In this document: piece by piece, positions 12,750 through 24,660 of the stretch
How the letters are laid out: each line of letters opens with the position of its first letter
Position numbering within the stretch: position 1 is the first letter of the stretch
Source of the DNA: Azolla caroliniana
Taxonomy: Eukaryota; Plantae; Polypodiophyta
Direction of reading: 5' to 3'
DNA length: 64,000 nucleotides
Assembly: GCA_043228905.1 (NCBI GenBank)
Contig: JBHGNT010000014.1
Span: 9,734,001-9,798,000 of the forward strand
Program-made: the position numbers and the translations under genes
The notes under the pieces: model-generated
What the model saw: only the letters and a program-made list of their open reading frames with translations
The model's database searches: none
What the model was told of the DNA's origin: nothing

Positions 12750-14663
12750 ATGTTCTCTCCATAATGTAAGTAAGTACTCCAAAGAAAGAATTGCATCTTT
12801 CTCAGTTTGTTGTATTATGTCTTTGCATGTTTAGAATGGAAACTGAGAACAATATCTGTCTTTATTAAGTGCACAGGCCAGTCTTTGCACTCTCAGTTTT
12901 GTACCCTTTTGTTTCTCAAATGTTTGATAATATACATCATTAGTCTGTCTCCACAAAGAAAACTTTAGGCTTATTCATATTCGTATGTCCAAGGAAGTAC
13001 AGACCCTGGTCTTTGTTCCTCTTAAGTCTGCATGTTTTCTATCTGTTATGGTTTGTAACGTATCATATCCAGGAAGAAACTTGAGTGTTTAAATCTTGTC
13101 CGTGGTCCATAGAACATCTAAGCTATCTTTGATGGTGTGACATTTCAACAACATTAGCTAGACTTCATGCTTACGCAAAACAAACCTCTTTCGATAATGA
13201 ACAGGAAATCTAGTTTTAGAGCTATGGTGAGCCATTTTAAAGTGCTGAGGTCTGTAGGTCTTGTTACTGATTTGTTGTCTTTTCTACTACGTTCAGTGGA
13301 GATTACCTTTGAAGCTCTAGATGTGGGTTTTTAGGGTTTAGGCTGTGTCTTATTGATTCCTCCTCCATTAATTATCAATAAAGAAATACCCAAAAAGGAA
13401 TGCTAGTGTTTGGGGTCAATAGGGTATCAACTTCCTTGTTCAAGAGAAATTTAGTTCTTGGTGTGAAATTAAGTCTTAGTATGTCCAAAATCTTAAGAAG
13501 ATGTTTGTTCGTATATTTGTAAAGAAACTAATCATGGTATATGATTTTTTGGAAAAAATAAATCATGGTATATGCCTGAATGTCCATGTCTTGTCGTGTC
13601 ACAGATTTAGAAAGGAAACTGAGGTGCTTTATCTTTTCTTTGTTGATCTCTGCGAGTCTCGTAATATCATATTTGTATGAATGTTAAGATTCTTTATAAG
13701 GTCATTTCAAGGTTAGAAATTGATCTTCATCTGGTTATTCTTGCTATATGCCCATTTAAAGATGGAAAACTTGAGTTTTCAATTAATCCAAACATAGATT
13801 TCCGTAATATATGTTACCAATTGAGTTATCATCTGGTCATTAATTCAGTTATTTGATTGGCATCCATAATACATGTGCGTTCTTCAAAGGCCTAAAAGTT
13901 AAGTGATTGGCAAGACATAACCGCTTTTACTTCTTCAAAAACTTGCTGAGGTTAAAATGGATGATTTTCTTTGCTGACGAATACAGGATGCAACCTGTAC
14001 ATATTCAGTGGATCATAGCATTTAAATTGCAAGAAAGTAGCAACCAAATTTATATGACCAAACTAAGAAGGAATATCAATGAAGCAATATTGTTGGATGA
14101 TCTTCCAAGGCATGATATCAATTAACTCGATCGGTATTGTCATGTTTTTGTTTTCTCTTAAATGGTGGTTGTATTATAAAACATGAAACATTTAAATCAA
14201 CTTCCTTAACTATGGCTAAGACGAAGACCAAGACTCTTTACTAGATGTCAATGATTTTTTCCAACTATCATTGACAACGGTAAATACTGATGTTTTGCTC
14301 AAAATATCGGAACTGGAATACTTCGGAAAATGCACAATATTTGTATAGTTCTGTAGAAATATTCATCCTTGTTCATTTGATGAAAGGTTTTGAAAATAAA
14401 GAATTTATTTTACACTAATTGTATGGTTGAGAACGTCTAGTATATCACATAACTTATGCAATGGCCAATCAGTCATCACATTAAAAGATTAATTGTGTAA
14501 TATGCACTCCATTTTCTAATGGGTAATACAGGAATTGTAATGAGGAAAAAAGACTCAGTATGTTATGTGGAAGTTAATAGTCAATATACGGATTCATGGT
14601 TGTAACTTGTAAATAAGATGTCAAGAGACTAATAGAGGGAAAACTTAAAATGTACTTCATTTG

Positions 14664-17326
14664 TGTTAGAGTATTCACTGAAAAGTTCACTGCCTAATGA
14701 CAAGCACCAAATAAATTTGATGGCAAGCAAGGGCATGTTGGTAAGGGATGCAAAGAAGTTATTTTGAAAGGAAGGATTGAGGAAGAGGTAGGAGTATCGA
14801 GGCTACCATGCCATTCAAGGCGGAGGAGAGAATTATGCACATTCCATGATGATTGACAAAACAAGAAGCTAGAGTCCATTTATCACCCATACAATGCTAC
14901 ACTATCCCAAACTCAAATCCCTCCACTTTCCATTCTCTCTCTCTCTATCCCATCTCTTATGTGAAAACATGTCATCATATTAATAAATGTGTCTATTAAC
15001 ACTACAATAATACCATAATTGAGTGGTGTCAGTGATGTATTAGGTGAGATGAACACCATCAACAAAAGTATACCTTGTGTTTGCGGCGAGTCCAGCCTAG
15101 GAATAACACAGTTTTGGTGACCACAATTTTTGCACAGAGCAAGGATCATTGGGGGATGGATGTCTAGAGAGATGAACAAATCGGTCACTGTGCGAGCGAG
15201 GAGATTAGTCGAACGCTTGTGGAGATGGGAGGCATACCAGCAAGCAGCAGAGGAAATCCGGCAGGATCGGTCGTTCCCTAGAAAGCTATGGAGGCTCGCA
15301 GAAGAAACAATTCATAGACGGAGCCAATGCCATTTGGATGATGACAACAACCTTACTAGTCTAGTCGACATCGGCTCAGTATTATAGACTTTAGCAATAG
15401 GACTTGGTGATTCAAAAGCCTTTTCAGCATTTGAGTCGGGATCGGACAACGACACGGGCGATGAGCGAAGTGCCCATTCTAATTATCGATCTAATCACGA
15501 TATTCCAAAAGAGCCGGAGGAAGAGGAGTCTGAGAAAACACCAACACTAGAGTCGGACACTACAACACCGACACCCCCGACAGAACAAGTAATTCTAGTT
15601 CTAACACCGTCGACGGAAGAAGTTATCTCGGTACAACCATCGGTAGAGGAAGCCAATTTGGTGCCGACACTACCAACATAAGAAATCATATCGGCACCAG
15701 AACGTGCCGAAGAAGAAGATACAATGTCATACCCTTATCCAAAGTACAATGATGAGCCGGACGTTGAGGCACACATCCGTACATTCTTGACGACATGGGA
15801 AGCCAACCATGTCTCTTAGCGGCTAGCGGAACTTGAGGTGGAAAAATAAAAAATTGTGGAATTTGGGCTATCCCTAAATGGGCAGGCCGCAAGATGGTAC
15901 TCCCAACATAACCCAAAGGACTTTGTGACATTCCAAGCCATGCAAGACAAGTTCCTACGGCTATTTCACCGGTAGGTCGCCCAAAGGGAATTAACGAGAA
16001 GATTTTACGCCACCTATGAAGAGGTGCATGAAACAGTACTGTAGTTTATCATCCGATTTCAAAATCTTCACAAACAGTTGACGTGGGCGCCCCCGGAAGA
16101 TGAGGTCAAAGAAATATTTCTAACGGCTTTAAGAGAGCCACTTCGGACTACTTTGGTGGTTTTGGATTTTAGAACCAGTACTATCAATCAAATAATTGAT
16201 CGGGTGCTCGACATGGATCGGGCCCAGAATGGTAATCATATGGCGATAGGAACCTTACAACGAGCACTGCCCAAAGAAGAGGACCTCTGGTTCCGGCAGG
16301 AAATACAATGTACAACATGCTGCAATCCGAGACATTCAAGTTTAGAATGTACAATGTGAACGCAATGTGCACTGTGCCACTCACAGGCACATACCATCAA
16401 ACGATGCGAATATAACCTGTTGAATCGGCAAGCAACGCCGGTAAGTTAGATAGAGCCTCGAGAAGAATGGAGGCCATAAGATGATCGGTTTTGGAGAGGA
16501 TGGATACAAACTGGACGGACGATACGAGTATGATGACCGAAGGAGGGACGAGTACCCCCGGGACCGATATGATATAGACTACTCTCTGGAATATGACCAG
16601 AGAAGAGGAGCGGAACGAAGGTACTCGGACAAGCAGGGGTACTATAACCAATGCCACAATCAAAACCACCGTTGTGGGCATTACAATCGGAGAAATGAGC
16701 ACCGAGACATGGGACAAGAACACCGTCGGGGGCCTGACACAACAAGTAAAGCACTAGCACATCCGGAGCAACGAAGACCAGAAGAAATCAATCAAATGGC
16801 TCCTGATATGCAATCGGCAGGCGAAGATAAAGGCGAATTGAGCGGGGCCCAGAAAGTATATTGCTATTATTGCCGATAAGAAGGGCATTACAATAGTCAA
16901 TGCCCGGTCAAGATTAAGGAAAACCAGTCGATGGTAAATATGGTTATAGCCGAAGTCACCGATGTACAACAAGTTACGACCCAGTCGAAAGGGAAAACCA
17001 CAAAATGGGAGACATAGGAAGTGGTCCGGAGGGAGGCCATGGAATGGGTGCAACAAGCTGATCAACAGAATATCGACAAAATGTTGCAGGAACATGCCAA
17101 GTAGTCGGACGAAGAAATGGGCATAGCAGAAGAGGGCCCAACGTGGCAGGCATTGACGCAATGCCACATCATGTTTTTGCTTAGCCGATTACTACAATTA
17201 GTGACCTGTTTTACCGAAGGTCTTAAATTGGCATTGGTGCCACCAAAACCAACACGACACCAACGTATTTTACAAATCCGAGTGAAGGATCGACTGTGGT
17301 CGATGCAAACAGTCCGGCGGTGATGT
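14664..17326 (+). mobile_element. Decayed Ty3/Gypsy-like element: LTR-like 5' part plus gag with zinc knuckles, truncated before the protease
   Basis: From 15724: MSYPYPKYNDEPDVEAHIRTFLTTWEANH, VKEIFLTALREPLR, Cys/His knuckles CTTCCNPRHSSLEC, CALCHSQAHTIKRC and CYYCR*EGHYNSQC. Many stops. LTR edge (~14664-15110) uncertain. Confidence 0.65.
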
Positions 17327-17627
17327 TGTTGGGTGGGGGGTGGAGCCATTCTCCCAAGAGGGTTGAGCGTGAGGAAGAGAGAGAGACACAATTATTGAGA
17401 GGCAAAACTTTTGCTAACATTCATGTCCCCTTGGGTGGGGTTATATAGTTACATTACATGAGGATCATAATCCAAGAACATCCAATGAGGCTTTTAGGTT
17501 AGTTACATAACCTTCTAACAACCTAGACCCACTTTACAACACTCTCATTTTTGCACACATTCACATAAATGTACATGTGTTTACACATATTAATATACTC
17601 ACACTTATGTGCACATTTGCACATACC

Positions 17628-18126
17628 TGTCACGGACACACTAAGCGCGGACTAGGACGGAGTACAGATTATGGGGCTACGAGCGACGGATGAACTTCGA
17701 GCTAGATGTGACGAGGCTAGGAACTCTAGATGTTGTGAGTGACATGAGGGCATGAAGACAGAAATAAAGATCAAGGAAACAAAGATGAGGCGAAACGAGA
17801 ATACTAGATTGATGTGTCAATGACTGGAGTTGAATTCCTTGAAAGGGACCAAGGATATTACACGTATTTATACAATTTCCGAGATTGAATATCTCTAGAA
17901 TATACTTGAGAAATATCTTGAGAATATACATGTTTAGAATATACCACAAAATAATTCTAGAATATACTAACGACTAGAATATTCTCGAATGTACTATACA
18001 TTGGACTATACAATATATACAAGTTCACAATTAAATGCGGATAATTCACAAGAGTTTCCATATGGTTAACATACCACAATGTATTGTGTGTGTTAAAAGT
18101 TAGAGGTTTGAGTTTAGATTGTGACA
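17628..18126 (-). mobile_element. Solo LTR (499 bp), TSD ATACC
   Basis: TGTCAC...GTGACA termini; ATACC at 17623-17627 and 18127-18131; homologous in inverted orientation to 60139-60620; TATA on the minus strand at 17865-17872. Confidence 0.9.
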
Positions 18127-18544
18127 ATACCCTTAGAACATGACTTTTAATACAAATACTTCACTTATCTATCCACGTACCATCGCCTATACACTCATAC
18201 ACTTACAATCCCACGGATAACACATATGACATGCCAGTGGGACAGTGCCTTGCATGGGTGAACCCACATGCCGTCAATAAACATGAACATCGGTCCTCAA
18301 GGACCGGAACTTACAACCGAAATTGCCGCGGTCTTCTCCCATCATGTTGGTCGGAACTCCCTCGATCGAAACACGCGTAACACGAATAATCTTATATTTC
18401 AACGACACAAACCTCTCATTCGGTCGACACATCGGCGAATATAAGAACTTCGGTACTTTCTTTTAAGTCTTAAAACGATGTCGTGTATATGTGTGTGTGT
18501 TTTTCTTTATGTTATGTGAGTTGTAAGTTTACAAAATTTTGTCC

Positions 18545-18735
18545 ATGCCCTTTGGTGTTTTTGGAATGTTATTCCTTGCTGCCCTCGAGTTTTTGAAATT
18601 GTGTTGATGATGCCCTTCGGTTTTTGAAATCTACAGCTGCCCTTAAGTTTTTGAAGATGCCCTTCTATTTTTTTCCATAACTTACCCTCAAGTTTTTTAA
18701 ATTCCTTTGGATGCCCTCACGTTTCGGAATTTTTA
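18545..18735. repeat. Array of ~7 T(G/A)CCCT-N3-GTTTTTGAA-like motifs, resembling DNA-transposon subterminal repeats
   Basis: tgccctcgagtttttgaa, tgcccttcggtttttgaa, tgcccttaagtttttgaa, taccctcaagttttttaa, tgccctcacgtttcggaa and others. Confidence 0.65.
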
Positions 18736-19301
18736 TGTGTGCGCCATTGTCTTTGTCTTTTTTCTTGTCTTCTTCTTCGTCGTCGCAATCTTCTTTCATC
18801 CTCCGTTACATCGATATGTATGAGGAGGACCCATGCAACTAGCATGGATCGAGAATCTACCCAAAGATTCTGTGTGGTGGTTTGAAGGATCTATCCGCCT
18901 ATTATGCAGAGAACGACACGATTGTTCCTATGTTTTGGTTGAGAAGAAGCAATCGTTGACAGTCATCGTTGTCTCTTCCATCGCAGGTATTGCGATGGAA
19001 GAGATGCAACTCTCTCTGCACACAATTGATGATGATGATGATGATGATTGTTGCCTGAACACATGATCAAAGCGACTGCAGAGATGGCGATGGTGATCCT
19101 GATCCAACAACAGACGACCATGGATAGTAAGGGTTTGTAGATGCGATGGATACTTACCTCTAGAGCCCTAACAAACACCTCCATACTCGAGAAAAGGTAG
19201 TGAGCTATGGTGTGGGGACTCATAGGATTATTGGCTCCACATGATGATTCCAATGCTTGCCTCCTCCTCCTTTGGTGCATGACATGGTTGAGGTATAGAC
19301 A

Positions 19302-20021
19302 CGTAAGGGTGTACCATGCGTCACGTTTATATGATCGGTTATAGTGAGGTAATGATCGAATAAAAAGACCACAAAACACACACAATGACACAATAAAGAT
19401 GACACAAGATTTAACGTGGAAAAACCCTCGATGAGGGAAACAACCACGGGACAAAGTCCAAAACCAATCGGACTATCACCAAAGAGATACAACACAAATA
19501 CAAGTTCTACCTCTAGATATACTAGAGATAAGTAGAGATGTGTAGCAAAATGTTGTACTGACAAAGATGGTACAATAATCCACAGAAATGAGGCTAACTT
19601 ACTGAAGCATATGAGTGAAAGCGAAGAGAGAATGAAACCCGCATAAAAAAGCCCACAAGTCGAAGTAATAAGCGTGTAGATCTCATGTTGAATAGTGGAG
19701 GTGGAAGGTAGATGAGTTGAGCACCAAGTTTTGCTATTTTTCCATTCTCTCCTCTTCACCATCATGTCTCCTTTCCACTCTCTCTTCTCTTTATACCTCT
19801 CAAAACAAAACGGTCGTTTTTCGTTTTGTTTTCCCTTTCCTTCTTTCTTTTCTTTACACACACTAAAAACATAACTTACATTTACCCTTTTCAAGAAATA
19901 ATGTAAGGGTAATAATTACTAAAGAAATAAAACGTTCGTTTTGTTTTATATTACTACCTACCACTAATAATAAATATCATTAAAAGAAAAAAGAACAAAA
20001 TAGTGATCGGACACATTAACA
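19302..20021 (-). mobile_element. Probable solo Copia-type LTR
   Basis: Contains GATTTAACGTGGAAAAACCC...GGGAAACAACCACGG, the motif also seen in the LTRs at ~25030 and ~60790. Ends TTAACA. Left edge and TSD (AGACA/AGACC) imperfect. Confidence 0.55.
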
Positions 20022-20385
20022 AGACCATGCAGGAAGGCCATCGACCACGCTAGCCTCTCTCTCTCTTCTCTTATGGCTCTCAGCCTTTCCCTCCACCAAT
20101 ATCTTCTCTGCCTCCCCATCATCAGGCGGTGATGCTTCTCCGCGCGATTGATTATCTGATTGTTGTAGTAACTGCTATTTCAGCAAAGCGAGATTGCTTC
20201 AATCTGCCCACAAACAGAGGAAGGCGAAGCAGGGGTGTTGCCTGAATGATCGGAACCTGTAAAAAGAGTAGCATGGTTTATATCCACAGATGATGACGAT
20301 GAAGAAGCATTGGTGGTGATATTTGCGGATGATTATAAGGACTTCTTGAAATGATTACGGTTATGTATAATTGGGGCCATGATGA

Positions 20386-22916
20386 TGTTGGAAAATATAA
20401 GGAAAATAATATTATAAAATAAATAAATTGTAAAAGCAAAAGTATGATATGAAGATTCATACACATGAACAATTAAAGGACATGCTTGTCCTATAAAATG
20501 ATATGCACGCCTCTCTAGAGATTAGTAGAGAAAAAAATCAATTTCTAAATAAAAACAATTTATATCTCTCTCTCTCTCTCCCTCTCTCTCTCCATGTCTC
20601 TATTATTCTACATGGTATCAGAGCAGGTTCCCTATTCTACCATAGAATAATCAAAGAACGGCTTGTAGATCAAACTTTCTGCACAGAAACAACAACAAAT
20701 CATAGAAAATCACAGAACGGCCCGTAGATAAAACTTTATGCACAAAAACAATAAATCACAGAACAGGCCATAACCTTTTACCCCTTCTAAGACTTGCAAA
20801 CTCTTGTCCTTTTTTTGAGCAAATAATCTTTCGTAGCAATGGCTTAGGCAACATCTTCATCCCAAAACTTCATGTACAGAAAAACAACCATTAGCAAATT
20901 GAATAACAAAAATTAGAGTCTGGAGTAGCAAAATGTCTCTCCTTTTCAAACAACTGAAGTTATGGGCAGTAGTTAAGGGCACAAAGACACAACTCAAAAC
21001 GTCAGGCCCAAACTACCCTGCATGGGAAGAAAAAGCTCTAGCAGCAAAGTTAGAAATCATGTCGAATTTGGAATGCCAACAAGCCGATGCGATCAGAAAT
21101 TGCTGCACTTCAAAAGCCATGTGGATCGACTTGAAGAACGAATACGAACCAACTACAGACGAGAACCACGTCATGACTCTAAACTCATTAGTCGTTTTAA
21201 AAATGCAAGCGAAAGATGAAATGAATGCATTTATAAACTCATGGAAACAAAAATTAGATGGTTGTCTCATGTCAGGAATAGAAATCGAATCAAAGTTGCA
21301 AAGGCTCCTTTTATTAGGTGCACTACCACCATCTTGGAGCACTTTCGTGACCACCCAAAACTTCAATATAAATGCAACTCTCATTGACTTGATTAATTGT
21401 GTACGACAAGAAGAAGCCATGAAAAAGGCACGCCGACCTGAATAGACACAACACACATAAGCAATGATAGCATACAATAGCAAACAACCCTATCAAAACC
21501 AAAGAACAAAATGTAGGCCTAGAAACTATCTTGAAAACTCTAGTCCACAAATTGGACGCCTCCAGTTCTCACAAATTTTCTACATCATTTGCAAGAAATC
21601 TGGACACACAAACAATCAATGTAGGTTTAGACCAACCAGAAATAAACAATCATATCAAAGATTCAAATTATCTAGAGTAGAAGTCCATCTAGCTAAAGAA
21701 GTTTCGGAAGATGACTCATACCCAACCGAAACAAACAATGAAAAAGATGACGATGGCTATGACAACCTCATGCAAGCCTTTCTTACAGAAGCTTTAACTG
21801 CAGGAATCAATGCTAAACAGAAATTAGACAACACTTGGTACTTCTATACCGGTTCCACCCATCATATAACAAATAATAAACAATCTATTAGAAATTATAA
21901 ACCCTTACCAACACCAATTCCTGTCGTATTTGGCAATAATGGAAGCCTAAATGCTTTAGGAAAAGGGGATGTGAACCTTCTCCTACAAGACAATCAACTC
22001 CTCATTGTAGGCAATATCTGTTTTGTTCTTGGAATTAGAAAAAATCTATTATTTGTCTGTCAAGCAACCAAAACCGGCACATCCATAAAATTCAAAGAAA
22101 CATATGCACAGATTAAGCATAAAACTCCTGACGGACAGACAACAAAATACATCTGTAAACACCTAGATGAAGGACTCTACTGCATTCCATGCATACCCAC
22201 AACCACTACACTAGAAGCACACTATACATCAAGAAACGAACAATTTCTTTTAACAAATCTGTGGCACCATCGACTTGCACACACATTTAAAAGCAATAAA
22301 AAATATGCAACTACATAATATGGCATTAGGCCTTCCAAAAGCCCATCTCACAAATCTAAAAATCTGTGAAGCGTGCATTCTTGGAAAAATGCCCCAACAT
22401 ACTTTTCCACACTGACAAACCACAAGCAGTCGACCATTGCAACTTGTCCACAACGATCTCTGTGGCCCCTTTCCTACAAAATCAATTCGTGGATCATTAT
22501 ACTTCGTAAGTTTTATTGACGACTATAGTAAATTCACCATTATTACCTTCCTAAAAGCTAAAAACCAAGCTCTATCTGCATTCAAGAATTATCTCTCTCT
22601 CTTGTTGAAAATCTAACTAGCCAAAAACGTCAATTCTTACAAATGGATAGAGGAGGGGAGTATCACTCAAAAGAATTCATAAATTTCTGCAAATCACAAG
22701 GAATCCACCATCGAAGGTCTGTCCCACACACACCCCAACAAAACGGTACTGTAGAAAGGAAAAACAAGATCATGTTAAACGTTGCTCGTAGCATGTAACA
22801 TGCTGCAAAACTAGAATCAAAGTTCTGGGAAGAAGCCATTGCGACAACCTGCTACATTCAAAATTCAATCTACCGCCACTCCCTAGGCTTCCTTACTCCA
22901 TTTGAACTCTGGTATG
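20386..22916 (+). mobile_element. 5' half of a decayed Ty1/Copia (LTR 20386-20612, Met-i PBS 20613-20624, gag-PR-INT)
   Basis: TGTTGG...TACA then TGGTATCAGAGC; gag (LLLGALPPSWSTF), knuckle CKKSGHTNNQC, protease WYFYTGSTHHIT, LWHHRLAH, integrase HNDLCGP...TPQQNG..ERKN. Ends at TPFELWY. Confidence 0.9.
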
Positions 22917-23196
22917 TGTGATATGGCTTCAAAGGGATTCGAACCCATGACCTTGTGTTACATGGGATGAAACCTTACCATTAAACCATGAATTGTAATA
23001 CGAAAGATATTAGTTTCATCTATTATTTCTATAGGAAATTCATGTACATTCTAGATCACTCTGGAACATTCTAGAAACTTCAAGAGTAATCTTTACAACA
23101 CTATAAAAAGAGGCATAAGGCATTATTCCGAACCAATTTGGTTCTACGCCAGTCTTAAGCCTCCTAGTTGTTCTTGTATCGTTCTTCATATAATAT
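22917..23196 (+). mobile_element. 5' portion of an LTR carrying an antisense tRNA-like module, a 4-unit HSE and a TATA box
   Basis: Starts TGTGAT exactly where the Copia integrase breaks off. Box B/A on the minus strand at 22935-22988, HSE at 23064-23081, TATAAAAAG at 23102. Cut by a new TGTTGAGAATC LTR at 23197. Confidence 0.7.
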
Positions 23197-24660
23197 TGTT
23201 GAGAATCGAACTCAACTTCCCATAGAGACAGTGTTCACACTAGCCAGTTGACAACATACTAGGCTAGTTTTGTAATTAGTGGAAAGGGCACTTTCCCTAG
23301 ATTAGTTGGTATTTAAACCAACCCTTTGTAACTTAGTTACTGTTGGACGTAATATACAGTTTCTTGTTTAGAGCTCTCTCTCTCTCTCCTCCTCCTTGAC
23401 ACGGGATTGCTTCCCATTGAGATCATGGCCATGGAAAGGGTTGTTGAATACATGCTTACGGTTCAAAAGATTCCCTTACATCGGCTTCCTAGAATTGCGT
23501 GGGAAAGAAGCAAAAAGATCCAAAAGACACATAAAAGCAAAATTTTGTGCTCCGGTTGGATGCAAGATATAGAAAAATGGTTTGGTAGATGGGATGCGAG
23601 ACACTTGCTTCATGATGCATCATTAGATTCCTCTGTAAATGAGGACTTTTTGCAACGCCAATGTATCATGACATGGGACAAATGTGGAGGCTCGCGCTTC
23701 ACACATCATACTACACATGTTGCACCTAACTACAAAACCATATTCTTTACGAAACGGGGAAATCGTACACATCAATACATGTTAGAGCCCATACCGTTAT
23801 CTTCCATTCAAACCATTGCTTCCATGCGACTTAGCTCACATGCATTGCGATGTGAAACAGGGCGTTGGGGCACAAGTGATGAGAGTGTTCGGCTATGCAC
23901 ACTTTGCCCTAAACAAGTTTGCGAGTCTGAGTATCACACTTTGATACAATACTCTGCCTTTGATCATATTTGACCATGCTTTCCACATCTCTTCGATCAA
24001 GCCCAATCTTTGCATGAATTCCTCTCACAACCACAATGTGCACTCTCGATTGCAACATTCATTGGTAAAGTTCTTGAACATCGAGAGTCACTACTCACTT
24101 TGACACGTATCACGTGAAATGTAATATTTTTGGTCTCATAGGTCATATTTGACCTCCGAAGACGATAATATAATCTATCAATCAATCAATCAATCAATCA
24201 ATCTATCTATCTCTTGTCTCACGTGCACATACACACACAAAGTTCTTCTGCTGCACAAAATCACTTTCCTTTATTTACATGGTATTAGAGCGCGTGGTAG
24301 CTTGATCCAAGATCGTCTTTATATGTGTTGTGCTTAGGCTCGTATTCAGAGAGAAACGATTGATCGTTGTAGCAATGATCTGCATAGTTCGCATCAAGAG
24401 TAGAAGAAGTTCAACATTGAACACTCAGATGGGAAGCGCTCTTCCCACCGAGAAGCTCGATAGAACAAACTTTGCATTTTGGGAGTACAAGATGCATCAG
24501 TACCTTGTTGGACAAGGTTACTAGAGCTACATCGAGGGAGCCCACGAAATGCAACCCAACCCGACACACGCCGACTACATAGCGTGGGAGCAGATCGCGA
24601 GCCGTGTGTTGTACTGCATTGCGTCACGCGTTCATGACCACATGCTCAGATATATTCGAG
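23197..24660 (+). mobile_element. Copia 5' end: LTR (23197-24279, split by a LINE), PBS 24280-24291, gag start
   Basis: TGTTGAGAATCGAACTCAAC resembles the LTR starts at 34717 and 53315; ...TTTACA TGGTATTAGAGC; gag MGSALPTEKLDRTNFAFWEYKMHQYLVGQGY. Confidence 0.8.
23388..24210 (+). mobile_element. 5'-truncated LINE 3' end (RTEX/RTE-like by inference) with (ATCA)n tail, inserted in the CT tract of an LTR
   Basis: LLLDTGLLPIEIMAM...RLSSHALRCETGRW...RLCTLCPKQVCESEYHTLIQ (C-terminal Cys/His motif), short 3' UTR, then an ATCA/ATCT microsatellite at ~24172-24210. Confidence 0.85.

Noticed and set aside
17322-18481. LTR 17327-18476 with TSD GATGT
   Set aside because: The right end lacks CA and the flanking sequence does not resume the interrupted gag-protease. 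The region is LTR-like but the boundaries are unsupported.
19220-19894. 224-aa hydrophobic ORF as an env-like or host membrane protein
   Set aside because: Lies almost entirely in a probable solo LTR, is compositionally biased and has no recognisable motif.
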